Shown: positions 47,263-56,291 of the stretch, in pieces
How the letters are laid out: the number at the start of each line of letters is the position of its first letter
How positions within the stretch are numbered: the first letter of the stretch is position 1
Sequence record: KT184315.1
Length of the DNA: 64,000 nucleotides
DNA from: Enterobacteria phage KhF3
Reading direction: 5' to 3' (one strand)
Translations under genes and position numbers: made by a program
The notes under the pieces: generated by a model
Databases searched by the model: none
Seen by the model: only the letters and a program-made list of their open reading frames with translations
What the model was told of the DNA's origin: nothing

Positions 47263-47598
47263 TTAAATCTTGAAAATTTGCTCATTCTGCCACATATCGT
47301 AAAACTTATCACTTACTTTTGTGATAGACGAAGCGTGCATACAATTTAAGAGCCATGATGGAGTCTTGCTATCCATGATTATTTTGAGCTTTTGTGCGAC
47401 GTTACCATCCATATCTGAAACAACATAATTACCGCGTATTTTACATACAACTTTTCCAAACAAGATTGCACTTCTTCCTCTTCGGTCATCACAGTACATA
47501 ACTGTGTCTCCGTGTTTAACGTCCCGTCCGAGACTGTCAACACCTAATTTAGCACCAGAGATAATGGCATCGTAATCTAACTTCTTTGCTTTAAACAC
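47263..47598 (-). CDS. hypothetical protein
   Basis: 111-aa ORF. Confidence 0.45.
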   Translation of the reverse strand: MFKAKKLDYDAIISGAKLGVDSLGRDVKHGDTVMYCDDRRGRSAILFGKVVCKIRGNYVVSDMDGNVAQKLKIIMDSKTPSWLLNCMHASSITKVSDKFYDMWQNEQIFKI

Positions 47599-47923
47599 GG
47601 TATTTCTCCAAGTTTCTTTTTAGATATAACCAACCGTAGTCAGTCCTTTCTACACCCATAAAAAGTGGAGCCATCACAACTTTACCAAAAGTATTCCTGT
47701 GTTGGCAGATTTCAAAAGAATACTCTTTCTCAATGTCAATCCCGTATTTGTACAGGACTGCTTTTAAAACTTGTTCATTATCCAGAAGTGTATCTGGAGT
47801 CTCACCATACTTTTCAAGTAACGGGTCATTCATAAACACCGTCATAGAAATATTGTAGTTTGAGAAGTGGCTCTTCTGAGCCACACCCTCTTTATTAATG
47901 TTCTGTGAATCCATTATAACCAA
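47591..47923 (-). CDS. hypothetical protein
   Basis: 110-aa ORF. Confidence 0.45.
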   Translation of the reverse strand: MVIMDSQNINKEGVAQKSHFSNYNISMTVFMNDPLLEKYGETPDTLLDNEQVLKAVLYKYGIDIEKEYSFEICQHRNTFGKVVMAPLFMGVERTDYGWLYLKRNLEKYRV

Positions 47924-48650
47924 CCCCTTTTAACCAGCACTTCAGGTTATTAGCATCATAATTCAGTTTCGGGTATGAGGTTACATGGAACTGCTCACCA
48001 TCATAGTAGACAATATCTGCAATCCATAGTCCATTCTCTTTACAGAAGTCTTTATCTGCTTTAGAGGTAATTGGATTAACTTCTACAAAACCATCTACAC
48101 CCAAATCCTTTAAGCTACCTACAATACCTTTGCAGATAACGCATGTCTCAGATACTACCACAAAAAGTTCTTGGCTTTCAAGCTCTACAATGTATTCACC
48201 AAGCTGTACTTTAGGGAGATTTGATTGCTTCATAATCTTCCCATCGGCTGCACGGACAATCGCATACCACTCTTTACCATCAACCACTGACATTCGAATA
48301 ATACACTCTTGACCAGTACGCTTTTCAATGTCTGCAAGACGTTTTAAAGCTTCTTCATAGTCATCTGTGTACTTCAGGTCATTATTATGGCAAACAGCTT
48401 CCATAGCACCGTTATGGTCATGTTGTGACAGGTAAATCAAACCGTCAAGAACATATTGTAAATCTGCCTGAGCATCCAGTGTCTCAATGGGGTCTTTCTC
48501 TTCAATTGCTTTTACAAGCTCTTTTGCTTCTTCAAGCATACACAGAGATTGAGATTTTAAAGATTCCCAATACTCATTACTGTAAGGTTGCTTTTGAGTG
48601 TTTCCACAACGAAGGTTCCAGTTTTTTACTGATTCTCTTGAGTTAAACAT
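47895..48650 (-). CDS. hypothetical protein
   Basis: 251-aa ORF. Confidence 0.5.
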   Translation of the reverse strand: MFNSRESVKNWNLRCGNTQKQPYSNEYWESLKSQSLCMLEEAKELVKAIEEKDPIETLDAQADLQYVLDGLIYLSQHDHNGAMEAVCHNNDLKYTDDYEEALKRLADIEKRTGQECIIRMSVVDGKEWYAIVRAADGKIMKQSNLPKVQLGEYIVELESQELFVVVSETCVICKGIVGSLKDLGVDGFVEVNPITSKADKDFCKENGLWIADIVYYDGEQFHVTSYPKLNYDANNLKCWLKGVGYNGFTEH

Positions 48651-48889
48651 TTTGGCTCCTTAAAATATCTGTTAACCTTTAGCTCTCGTGTTTCGATATA
48701 TTCTAGATGCTCACGTAGCTCTTGACGTTTAAGCATTAGGTGTTGCATTTGAGATTCAACAGCTTCAACTTCTTTAATTATTGACTCTCTAGCATTTGCA
48801 AGAATGCGCTCAAGTTCTTCAATCTTGCTGTCAACTTTTGCTACATGACTCACAGCTTTGCTTTTGTTAAACATTTTATTCTCTCTCAA
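48626..48889 (-). CDS. hypothetical coiled-coil protein
   Basis: 87-aa ORF. Confidence 0.45.
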   Translation of the reverse strand: MRENKMFNKSKAVSHVAKVDSKIEELERILANARESIIKEVEAVESQMQHLMLKRQELREHLEYIETRELKVNRYFKEPKCLTQENQ

Positions 48890-48895
48890 TAGTTA

Positions 48896-49393
48896 TCAAG
48901 CATAATTTGCTTTCATTACCTTATGGATTCTTTTTTCAGCATCTTCATAAGTTTCTTTAGTAATAAACTTAATTGCTGCAATATTGGCATTGTAGAAGAG
49001 CCTGAGCTTCGAGTCAATCCTTTTTGTCATTACATCGAATTTATGTTGAAGGTTTGCTTCACCATAGACTAGACCACCTTTTGTGTAGTAGGTTTGAATA
49101 ATGTAAAAATCAAAAGATTCTTTTCCAAAGCTTTCAATATCTTTTTTAATATACTCAGAAGAGGTTTCGTAAGTCATCCAATCACTCTCCTTAGTGACTA
49201 CCTTCTTCCGAGTCTTCCCAGCAACTTTTCTTTTTGTCACACTGTTAAGCTGTTTCTTTCCGATATAATATTGTCCAGTCTTCTTACAGTGTACTAAATA
49301 GACAAAGCCAAAATGTTTAGTGGGGTCAACTTCCCCACATAAAGATACCCAATGACCGTAGGTAGGGCAATTGCCAAATCCTTTAATCTTCAT
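48896..49393 (-). CDS. GIY-YIG family endonuclease (free-standing homing-endonuclease-like)
   Basis: FGFVYLV ... GQYYIGK signature near N-terminus. Confidence 0.65.
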   Translation of the reverse strand: MKIKGFGNCPTYGHWVSLCGEVDPTKHFGFVYLVHCKKTGQYYIGKKQLNSVTKRKVAGKTRKKVVTKESDWMTYETSSEYIKKDIESFGKESFDFYIIQTYYTKGGLVYGEANLQHKFDVMTKRIDSKLRLFYNANIAAIKFITKETYEDAEKRIHKVMKANYA

Positions 49394-50423
49394 TCATACA
49401 CGGCTCCCAATTATATTTCTTGAAAGAGAAATTGTCTTTTGGATTTCTCTCTTGATATGCTATCCAGAAGTGCTGTTCCATTAACTCTAATGGTGTTTTG
49501 GTAACAGTCTGTCCATCCCATGACACATAGGTATAAGAATCTTTTTTAGCATAAAGTTCATAGATAGCGTCAAGACACTCTTTGTAGGTCTCTTTACCCT
49601 CTAAAGCATTCATCACAGCTACTTTACCAGCACCTTTTAGGCCGAAGTAGTTGTCTGCATTATCTCCAGCAACAGCCTGATAACACAAGAATTTAAAACC
49701 TACGCCAACTGTTTTTGCAGCTTTTGGTTTTGATTTGATAGGGCAATCCCAGATATCACCAACATTATTGTCAGCAATAAAGATTAGTGGTGATTTTTCA
49801 TAGGTCATATCAATGCAGTAAGTCCCTTCAGCTTGTCGAAGGTCTTTGTCAATGCTCATAAGAGCAGCTTTCTTACCCATCTTTTCAGCTTTAGCAATTA
49901 CGATTGAATCGGCTTCGAAGCCACCCTTTAAGAGTTTGAACTCTGGTCTTGACAGAAGATACTCACGACAAGCAACTAAGTGTGTTGGTGTGACAGCATC
50001 TTTACGGTTACCTTGATATTGGTGCTCAAGACCTTTAATGTCTTTATGTTTATGCACACCTTTCTCTGTTAAATAACCTACCCAAGTTCTCTCTTTACCA
50101 ACAATCTTAAGCCATTCCTGAAGCACCTGTTGAGTAGCCATGATAGCTTCTTTTTCACTCTTAGCTTCTTTCCAAGTCTGTCTTTCCCATTCATCTTCAT
50201 CAAATGTCAGGCCAAGCTCTTCCACAAGGATTCTCTGGTCTGCTAACCATCTTGCAGCATCTTTCGCATTATCAAATGGCTCAGATTCTTCTGCTGTGAG
50301 TTTATTGATGTATTTATATTTTGCTTTCTCAACTACACAAGCACCTTTATAGGCAATACTGTCAGAGTCAATAAAAACATGTGTAACTGAATCGGGAAGT
50401 TTTGTTAATGTGTACTTCTCCAT
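49383..50423 (-). CDS. 5-prime to 3-prime exonuclease / flap endonuclease
   Basis: N-terminal acidic motif FIDSDSIAYKG and helix-hairpin-helix GDNADNYFGLKGAGKVA. Confidence 0.75.
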   Translation of the reverse strand: MEKYTLTKLPDSVTHVFIDSDSIAYKGACVVEKAKYKYINKLTAEESEPFDNAKDAARWLADQRILVEELGLTFDEDEWERQTWKEAKSEKEAIMATQQVLQEWLKIVGKERTWVGYLTEKGVHKHKDIKGLEHQYQGNRKDAVTPTHLVACREYLLSRPEFKLLKGGFEADSIVIAKAEKMGKKAALMSIDKDLRQAEGTYCIDMTYEKSPLIFIADNNVGDIWDCPIKSKPKAAKTVGVGFKFLCYQAVAGDNADNYFGLKGAGKVAVMNALEGKETYKECLDAIYELYAKKDSYTYVSWDGQTVTKTPLELMEQHFWIAYQERNPKDNFSFKKYNWEPCMNED

Positions 50424-50485
50424 TATGGCTCTCCATATGAAAAAGCCCCATACTAAGTACAGGGCTTTAAAGTAACTTTTAGAGA

Positions 50486-51343
50486 TTAATCTTCTGTATC
50501 GAAGTCTTCATCTTCTTCGTCATCTGGGTCTGGCAAGTCTTCATCATCACCATCATCAGAATCATTCGAAGGTTTATGGTCTGTTGCGTCTTCTTCAGTG
50601 ATTTCACCGTTATCTTCAACACCATCAAGACCAAGCATAGCCAGTTCATCTTCATCCAGTTCAGGTTCACCATTAGCACCGTTACCACCAGTGTAAGGTA
50701 CAAGAGTATCAATGATAAACTGTTCCTGAATAGGTTTTGTCAGAACATTGTTCTCAAAAGTGTAGAAGTGAGTAGAAAGAATCACACTACCAAAAGAACC
50801 GTTACCGACTGCAATATCTGGATGAATTACATCATAGTTCTTGTCATCTTCATGTTTATCAGATGCTTGAGCTTTGATTTTCTTCATCGGCTGTTTAACA
50901 GCTACACGCTTACCATTTACTTCTTCAATCAGCATCACAGGGAATGACTGTTTAGCTGTCCATACAGCACCATCTTTATAAGCTGCTGCACGACTTACTT
51001 TCAAGATGTAGTAAGTGTCTGCTTCAAAAGGTGGTTTACAACCAAACTTCTCTTCGAAGTCGTCTGCATCAACTGCTTCAGTAGTAACTTTATCCCATCC
51101 TTCTGGATTTTTCTTAGACTTAGTAAACTCTTTAAACAGTTTGTTACCGTCTTCTGCCAGAATTGATACGCTGTAGTTACAATCTCTTCCTGGGAATTTC
51201 TTATCAATGGACTTGCCTTTTCCCGGACGTGGTGAAGTGTTCAGGTAATAAAACCAGACATCTTTCAGAAGGTAACGCAGAGTTTGACGTTCAGTACCGT
51301 TGTACTTCTCTACCGGAGCTTTCATTTTAACAACTTTAGACAT
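50486..51343 (-). CDS. single-stranded DNA-binding protein (T7 gp2.5-like)
   Basis: 285 aa with strongly acidic C-terminal tail; position in replication module. Confidence 0.55.
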   Translation of the reverse strand: MSKVVKMKAPVEKYNGTERQTLRYLLKDVWFYYLNTSPRPGKGKSIDKKFPGRDCNYSVSILAEDGNKLFKEFTKSKKNPEGWDKVTTEAVDADDFEEKFGCKPPFEADTYYILKVSRAAAYKDGAVWTAKQSFPVMLIEEVNGKRVAVKQPMKKIKAQASDKHEDDKNYDVIHPDIAVGNGSFGSVILSTHFYTFENNVLTKPIQEQFIIDTLVPYTGGNGANGEPELDEDELAMLGLDGVEDNGEITEEDATDHKPSNDSDDGDDEDLPDPDDEEDEDFDTED

Positions 51344-51379
51344 TATTTAAACCTCTATCTCAATTTATGAAGAGTACCA

Positions 51380-51408
51380 ATTCTAATTTGTTGATACTCT
51401 ATTGTCAA
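51380..51408 (-). promoter_or_regulatory. sigma70-like promoter upstream of SSB gene
   Basis: Minus-sense TTGACA, 17 nt, TAGAAT. Confidence 0.55.
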
Positions 51409-51415
51409 ACATTAA

Positions 51416-51565
51416 TTACTGGAAGTTGTGCTTATCTTTAGAAGCTGCTTTACGTGCAGTTTTTCCAGTTCTTACACGTTTTTCTTCATAGTATTTTGCT
51501 GGTTTTCCAGCAGTGGCTTTTAAAGAGTCCCCAAAAACTTTTTCAAATGCTTTAGAGTGTTTCAT
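51416..51565 (-). CDS. small Lys-rich protein (49 aa, not in ORF track)
   Basis: ATG overlaps upstream stop as ATGA; GGAGAA RBS. Confidence 0.4.
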   Translation of the reverse strand: MKHSKAFEKVFGDSLKATAGKPAKYYEEKRVRTGKTARKAASKDKHNFQ

Positions 51566-51855
51566 GATATTCTCCGATATACTTGATATTCAAACACATT
51601 TTCTTTCATTATAAACAGCCAACCAATATTATGTTTAGGTATAGTAATAGTGACTGTGATTATGCTGTGATGGAACTTTTCTTCTACCTCAACACCCCCA
51701 TCACATTTCATGTAGAGCATTCTATAGAACCTATCAACCTTTGTCAAACACTCTTCCTGAAATTCATTTAAACTTTTTTCTTCAAAGAAGGGTGTGAACC
51801 CCTCTCTTTTGTAACTATCACTCAGTTTCGAATGGGCAGTCATCTGCATCCTCAC
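51562..51855 (-). CDS. hypothetical protein
   Basis: 97-aa ORF. Confidence 0.45.
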   Translation of the reverse strand: MRMQMTAHSKLSDSYKREGFTPFFEEKSLNEFQEECLTKVDRFYRMLYMKCDGGVEVEEKFHHSIITVTITIPKHNIGWLFIMKENVFEYQVYRRIS

Positions 51856-53809
51856 TTACGACTGGTGGAATTGTTGAACTTTGACGTTGTTCTTCAGTAT
51901 AAACTTCACCAGTTTCACGGTCAAATACTTCATCCTCATAATGTGGTAGGGAATCGTCATAATGGTCTTCAGCTTCACCAATACCAAACTGTTGACGAAT
52001 ATTTTCTGCTGCGCCATCAATGTCAACACCACATCCAGAAGCTTTAATAAGACGTCCTGTATCTGGATTATACCAAGTATGACCAGCAATACCTGTTGAC
52101 TTACCATGACGACGACACTTAGTTAACTTGATTTTTGTCAAGTTTTTCTTAACTGGGTCTGGGTCAACCTTATTACGCATTAACAGAATGTTATTCATAG
52201 AAATCTGAAAATACGCACCAGAACCTTTGATATCCTCTTCAGAGATATCTCCACCTTCAGAGTTAGCTTTCTGACCACCTGCACTCTTACGAACGTGACA
52301 TACGTTTACCTGCGCATACTGGTAGCGTTTGCAACGACGCAATAGCTCAGACAAAACTTCTTCTTCATCCGTATCAGAACGTGACAGGGCTAACGTGATA
52401 GGGTCAAGAATGATAATCTTACAGTCTAAACTATTAACAAGATAGTCAACAAACTCTAGCAGGTTATCTTGGTCAATTGCCCCTTGATGGTCAACGATAT
52501 GGATACGACGGCCTTTAGATAGTTCTGCGTGTGCTCCTTTTAATTCATCCCAATCCCGTTCATCATAAGGAATCTCAGAAATCTGCTTGCTCAGGTGGAT
52601 TGCACAGAGCATCTCCATCAACTCTTCATAGGTATCTTCTACAGGAATTACACCGATATTATAATCAGTTTCTTTCCAAGCTGAGTAAATCATCTCACGA
52701 GTGTAAGCTGACTTACCTACTGAAGATGGTGCTGCAATAGTTGTAATCTCACCTAAACCGTAACCACCATAAGTCAGCCTGTTCAAATCTCCGAAAGATT
52801 CTGGGAAAGGAATCAATGGAATCTGACCACGATTCTTCATTGCCTCAAAACCATCTGCAAAGTTCTTGATACCAGCAGGACAGTAACGAGGTGCATTGTA
52901 GATACGCTGCTTAAATCCTTCCAGAACTGTATCTTTCTCTTTATAGAACTTTGTCCACCACTCGTTAAGGTCTTTTACGCCTTCTGGATACTGGAATAAA
53001 CGAACCTTCTCAATAGGTAGGATACCAGCAGCCTCTTTAGTGGCTTTAGCACCTGCTTCATCGTTATCAAAGCACAAGTAAATCTCATCAAATGATGTAA
53101 TGTACTGATAGTTATCTTTGATAGACTTGATGTTTGCACCTGATGGAACAGATACGTGACAGTAATTCTTACGACGAGATTTGTCCTTAATCGCAAGAGA
53201 AGTCATATAGATTGCTGTCGCACATTCCATCTCACCTTCCCAGATGAATAGACGGTTACCACCTTCTGGAGCAATCCATGAACCGAACATTGCCAGTTCA
53301 CCTTTAATGTCTCCAACACCACCAGAAAAGTCTTTTAACTTACCTCGTAGGTGCTCTTTTGGATGGTCTTCTGGGTAACGGTGACGAACACGGTAGCCAA
53401 CATGCTCTAGCTTGCCATCTTCATTGCGTTTGTAAGTTGGGTAGAAATGCGCGTCAATTTCACCATCACTGTCAATGTCAACCTTGATACCCAAACGCTC
53501 AAGAACTTTTGCAGGAATCTTCCTGTCCTTTAAGTCCATTGCTTCAAGGTTTTCTTTCACATCGTCTAAATCCATTCCACGGAAAGTACGGTTTTTATTG
53601 TCTGAACCAGTAGAATAAGTGCTCACGATTTGTCCTTTATCAAAATCCCACTCTGGGAAACCTTTGTTACAACTAAAGCAAGTCATTGAATAAGAACCAT
53701 CGTCATGATGATAGATTGAACCAGCATCTGATGAACCACAACGTGGACATGCGCAATGACCAACAAACTGACCAGCCTCTTTCAATTTACGACCCTTAGA
53801 CATTAGCAC
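51818..53809 (-). CDS. DNA primase-helicase (T7 gp4-like)
   Basis: N-terminal Cys4 zinc ribbon, central primase region, C-terminal helicase with Walker A APSSVGKS. Confidence 0.8.
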   Translation of the reverse strand: MLMSKGRKLKEAGQFVGHCACPRCGSSDAGSIYHHDDGSYSMTCFSCNKGFPEWDFDKGQIVSTYSTGSDNKNRTFRGMDLDDVKENLEAMDLKDRKIPAKVLERLGIKVDIDSDGEIDAHFYPTYKRNEDGKLEHVGYRVRHRYPEDHPKEHLRGKLKDFSGGVGDIKGELAMFGSWIAPEGGNRLFIWEGEMECATAIYMTSLAIKDKSRRKNYCHVSVPSGANIKSIKDNYQYITSFDEIYLCFDNDEAGAKATKEAAGILPIEKVRLFQYPEGVKDLNEWWTKFYKEKDTVLEGFKQRIYNAPRYCPAGIKNFADGFEAMKNRGQIPLIPFPESFGDLNRLTYGGYGLGEITTIAAPSSVGKSAYTREMIYSAWKETDYNIGVIPVEDTYEELMEMLCAIHLSKQISEIPYDERDWDELKGAHAELSKGRRIHIVDHQGAIDQDNLLEFVDYLVNSLDCKIIILDPITLALSRSDTDEEEVLSELLRRCKRYQYAQVNVCHVRKSAGGQKANSEGGDISEEDIKGSGAYFQISMNNILLMRNKVDPDPVKKNLTKIKLTKCRRHGKSTGIAGHTWYNPDTGRLIKASGCGVDIDGAAENIRQQFGIGEAEDHYDDSLPHYEDEVFDRETGEVYTEEQRQSSTIPPVVSEDADDCPFETE

Positions 53810-53996
53810 CTCTTCGTTGTAGTTCTGCCTTCAATCCATTTTCAATCTTGTCCAGTTCATGAATTTCATCTGCAATCTCTTTCCTTCGTGATTCAACTCT
53901 CTTAAGACGTTCAATCATTACCTCATTGGAAAGAGATGAGAGTTCCACTAAACGGTGGTCAATAACTTTAAAATTGTCTTTTACTCTCATCTTCAT
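53796..53996 (-). CDS. hypothetical coiled-coil protein
   Basis: 66-aa ORF; translation checked against sequence. Confidence 0.45.
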   Translation of the reverse strand: MKMRVKDNFKVIDHRLVELSSLSNEVMIERLKRVESRRKEIADEIHELDKIENGLKAELQRRGANV

Positions 53997-54004
53997 TCTC
54001 TCTT

Positions 54005-54748
54005 TTAAACTTTAATGATGGCTCTTAGCTTGTTCTCAAGGTCTGCAAGAGTACCATTATTATGAATAATGTCACGCTCATATTTTGTAGAAATCCCATT
54101 TTCTGAAACATGTGATGAAACTTTGTCCACATTGTCTCTTTTTACTTCAATAGTTTGGTGTGCAAATCTACTCAGCCATTCAGCTTCAGAGTCAAATCTT
54201 AAATCACTGATTAAGACAAAACCATATTGATTTCTAAGTGAGCACATTTCATGGAATCTAACCATTCTTTTTTCAAGGTCTTTAGACCAGAACTTGTCGC
54301 CCATTACTTTACGGACAACTTCAGTACCCCAAATCTGTTGAATTTGTCTTGATGAGAATTTATACTTTTTACTAAATCCCAGACGTGTTAATAGGGTAGG
54401 TTTAGCAACCTTCTTAAGCTCCATGATTAATCGTCCGGTTAACTCTGACATAAGCTTGAAGTCCATATGGTAACGTTCATCTCTGAAGGTGAACTCCATA
54501 GCTTCCGTAACTTTAAACATCAGTTCAGGATATGATAAGTCAAATACCTGTGGAGTCTCTTTAGTTTCACCATACAGGTCATTCCAAGTCAGGTCAAATA
54601 TCTTTGATGCAGACAGTTTAAGGTTGTCTGCAAAGGCCATTACAGCAACATTGTAGCCGTACTCATCCTCTAAGATGTTCTTCACAATAGAACATGAGGT
54701 GTCTTTTCCAGAGCGTGCCTTTCCAGTAAATGCGATAATATTACTCAT
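54005..54748 (-). CDS. deoxynucleoside monophosphate kinase-like P-loop protein
   Basis: N-terminal Walker A FTGKARSGKDT as in T4-type dNMP kinases. Confidence 0.65.
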   Translation of the reverse strand: MSNIIAFTGKARSGKDTSCSIVKNILEDEYGYNVAVMAFADNLKLSASKIFDLTWNDLYGETKETPQVFDLSYPELMFKVTEAMEFTFRDERYHMDFKLMSELTGRLIMELKKVAKPTLLTRLGFSKKYKFSSRQIQQIWGTEVVRKVMGDKFWSKDLEKRMVRFHEMCSLRNQYGFVLISDLRFDSEAEWLSRFAHQTIEVKRDNVDKVSSHVSENGISTKYERDIIHNNGTLADLENKLRAIIKV

Positions 54749-54809
54749 TTTATCTCCCTTAATTACTAAAAAGCCCCCAACTAAGGAGGCTTGTAAGATT
54801 TATAAAGAC

Positions 54810-55610
54810 TTAGTGCAGTTGCTCAGCAGACTCTTTTTCAGCCATAGCTGAGATTTGCTTCACAAAATCATCACCAAAGTTAATGCGAAGCTTCTCTTCA
54901 ATGATTGAAGCACCAATGCTCACCAGAACATCATTGATTGCTTGCATACTAACACCACCAGTCATACTCTCAATGAACTCAATGCTTGTGCCCATCATCT
55001 GTGAAAGCTGGATTAGTGCAACGATATTCATCATCGTAGAGATGGCTGGAATCATCAATGCAACTTTCACCTGAAGTGGTTCTATGTCAGCTACAGAATC
55101 ATTTTTTACAGCTTCTTCCAAAGAATCTTTGGTTTGCTGGATAATCTCTTTGATTCGTGGGTTTAATTCCTCTACACCCCAATCAAGCTTTTCATATCGT
55201 GACAGCTTCTCTTCCATTCGCTTCTCAAGAACAGCCATAACAGCACTCGTTGATGAGATAAGCGTATCAATAATGAAATCAGTGTCCTTAGTCAGCAACA
55301 GTTCCTTATCTTCGTCTGACATCCTGATATAGTCATTCTTTTGCATTTCATAAAAAATGAACTCAGCAAGTGCATCAACACCAACCGCAATAGATGCCAG
55401 AGCAAGTGTAGTGTCTGTCAACATCATATTAACCTGTTCTGCAAAAGCACCGTTATCAGACTTGTCTTCAGGCAAGTTATAGCTTGCAGGCATAAACTGT
55501 TCTGTGTAGTTATTACCACGAAGAATCATAGCCATGCTTTCTACGGCATTGATTAAGAATGCTTCATCAACACCTTTCTCTTCAAGCATCTTTTCTACAT
55601 CGATATTCAT
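54810..55610 (-). CDS. hypothetical protein
   Basis: 266-aa ORF. Confidence 0.5.
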   Translation of the reverse strand: MNIDVEKMLEEKGVDEAFLINAVESMAMILRGNNYTEQFMPASYNLPEDKSDNGAFAEQVNMMLTDTTLALASIAVGVDALAEFIFYEMQKNDYIRMSDEDKELLLTKDTDFIIDTLISSTSAVMAVLEKRMEEKLSRYEKLDWGVEELNPRIKEIIQQTKDSLEEAVKNDSVADIEPLQVKVALMIPAISTMMNIVALIQLSQMMGTSIEFIESMTGGVSMQAINDVLVSIGASIIEEKLRINFGDDFVKQISAMAEKESAEQLH

Positions 55611-55611
55611 A

Positions 55612-56034
55612 TTATTTCTCTCTCAGTTGGTTAAGTTTCTTTCTAGAACATTTTAAGTTTTCAGATGAAGAAAAGTCAAGTGTCTTTTCAGAACGTGGAT
55701 AATAGTGCCTATCCCAAGAAGTTTCAACATCGTTAATCAGTGATGCTAGATTACACAGGTCTGTACCACTTTGCAACCTCTTTTTAAGAGAATCTAGTAA
55801 AGCAACTGTGTCTTTAGCTTTACGTCTCGCTGTAGCAACATCTTTCATATGCTCAAATACAGAGCATTTTAAGTCATCTTCATAGTCTTCAGACAACTCT
55901 ATTTCATGTTGTATATCAACCATTCTCCTGTGATGGTGAGCATATTCCCGTTGAGCAGCAATGTCAAGTTCTTCCAACTTCTGCAAAGCTCTAACAAAGT
56001 CAGCTATGTCTGGGTGAACAAACATTTTCTGCAT
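55612..56034 (-). CDS. hypothetical protein
   Basis: 140-aa ORF, first gene of minus block. Confidence 0.5.
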   Translation of the reverse strand: MQKMFVHPDIADFVRALQKLEELDIAAQREYAHHHRRMVDIQHEIELSEDYEDDLKCSVFEHMKDVATARRKAKDTVALLDSLKKRLQSGTDLCNLASLINDVETSWDRHYYPRSEKTLDFSSSENLKCSRKKLNQLREK

Positions 56035-56208
56035 GTAAGCCTCTTTTAAGTAGCTATTAAGTTTTAATCTTTTATCTTAACGTATTCTATACGTTATACT
56101 TTAAAGCTTTTTAAAAGCTATTAAATAATCTTTTAAGAGTTTTAAAGTATCTGTATAGTTAAACTGTTAAGTAACCTTTTAAGTAAAAACCCACTTCGCA
56201 AAGATTAA

Positions 56209-56232
56209 CACCTTGTCAAGTACATTGTCAAC
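56209..56232. promoter_or_regulatory. conserved junction motif CACCTTGTCAAGTACATTGTCAAC
   Basis: Second copy of the motif at 11332-11355. Confidence 0.45.
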
Positions 56233-56291
56233 TTGCTTTTTATAATTTTTTGCAGTAATGTATGAGGTTAATGATTTTAGAGGGAGTAAAA

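Noticed and set aside
56262-56291. Polymerase start at track position 56262
   Set aside because: No RBS upstream, whereas ATG 56292 follows AGGGAG; the same reasoning was applied to other track starts that use GTG/TTG.
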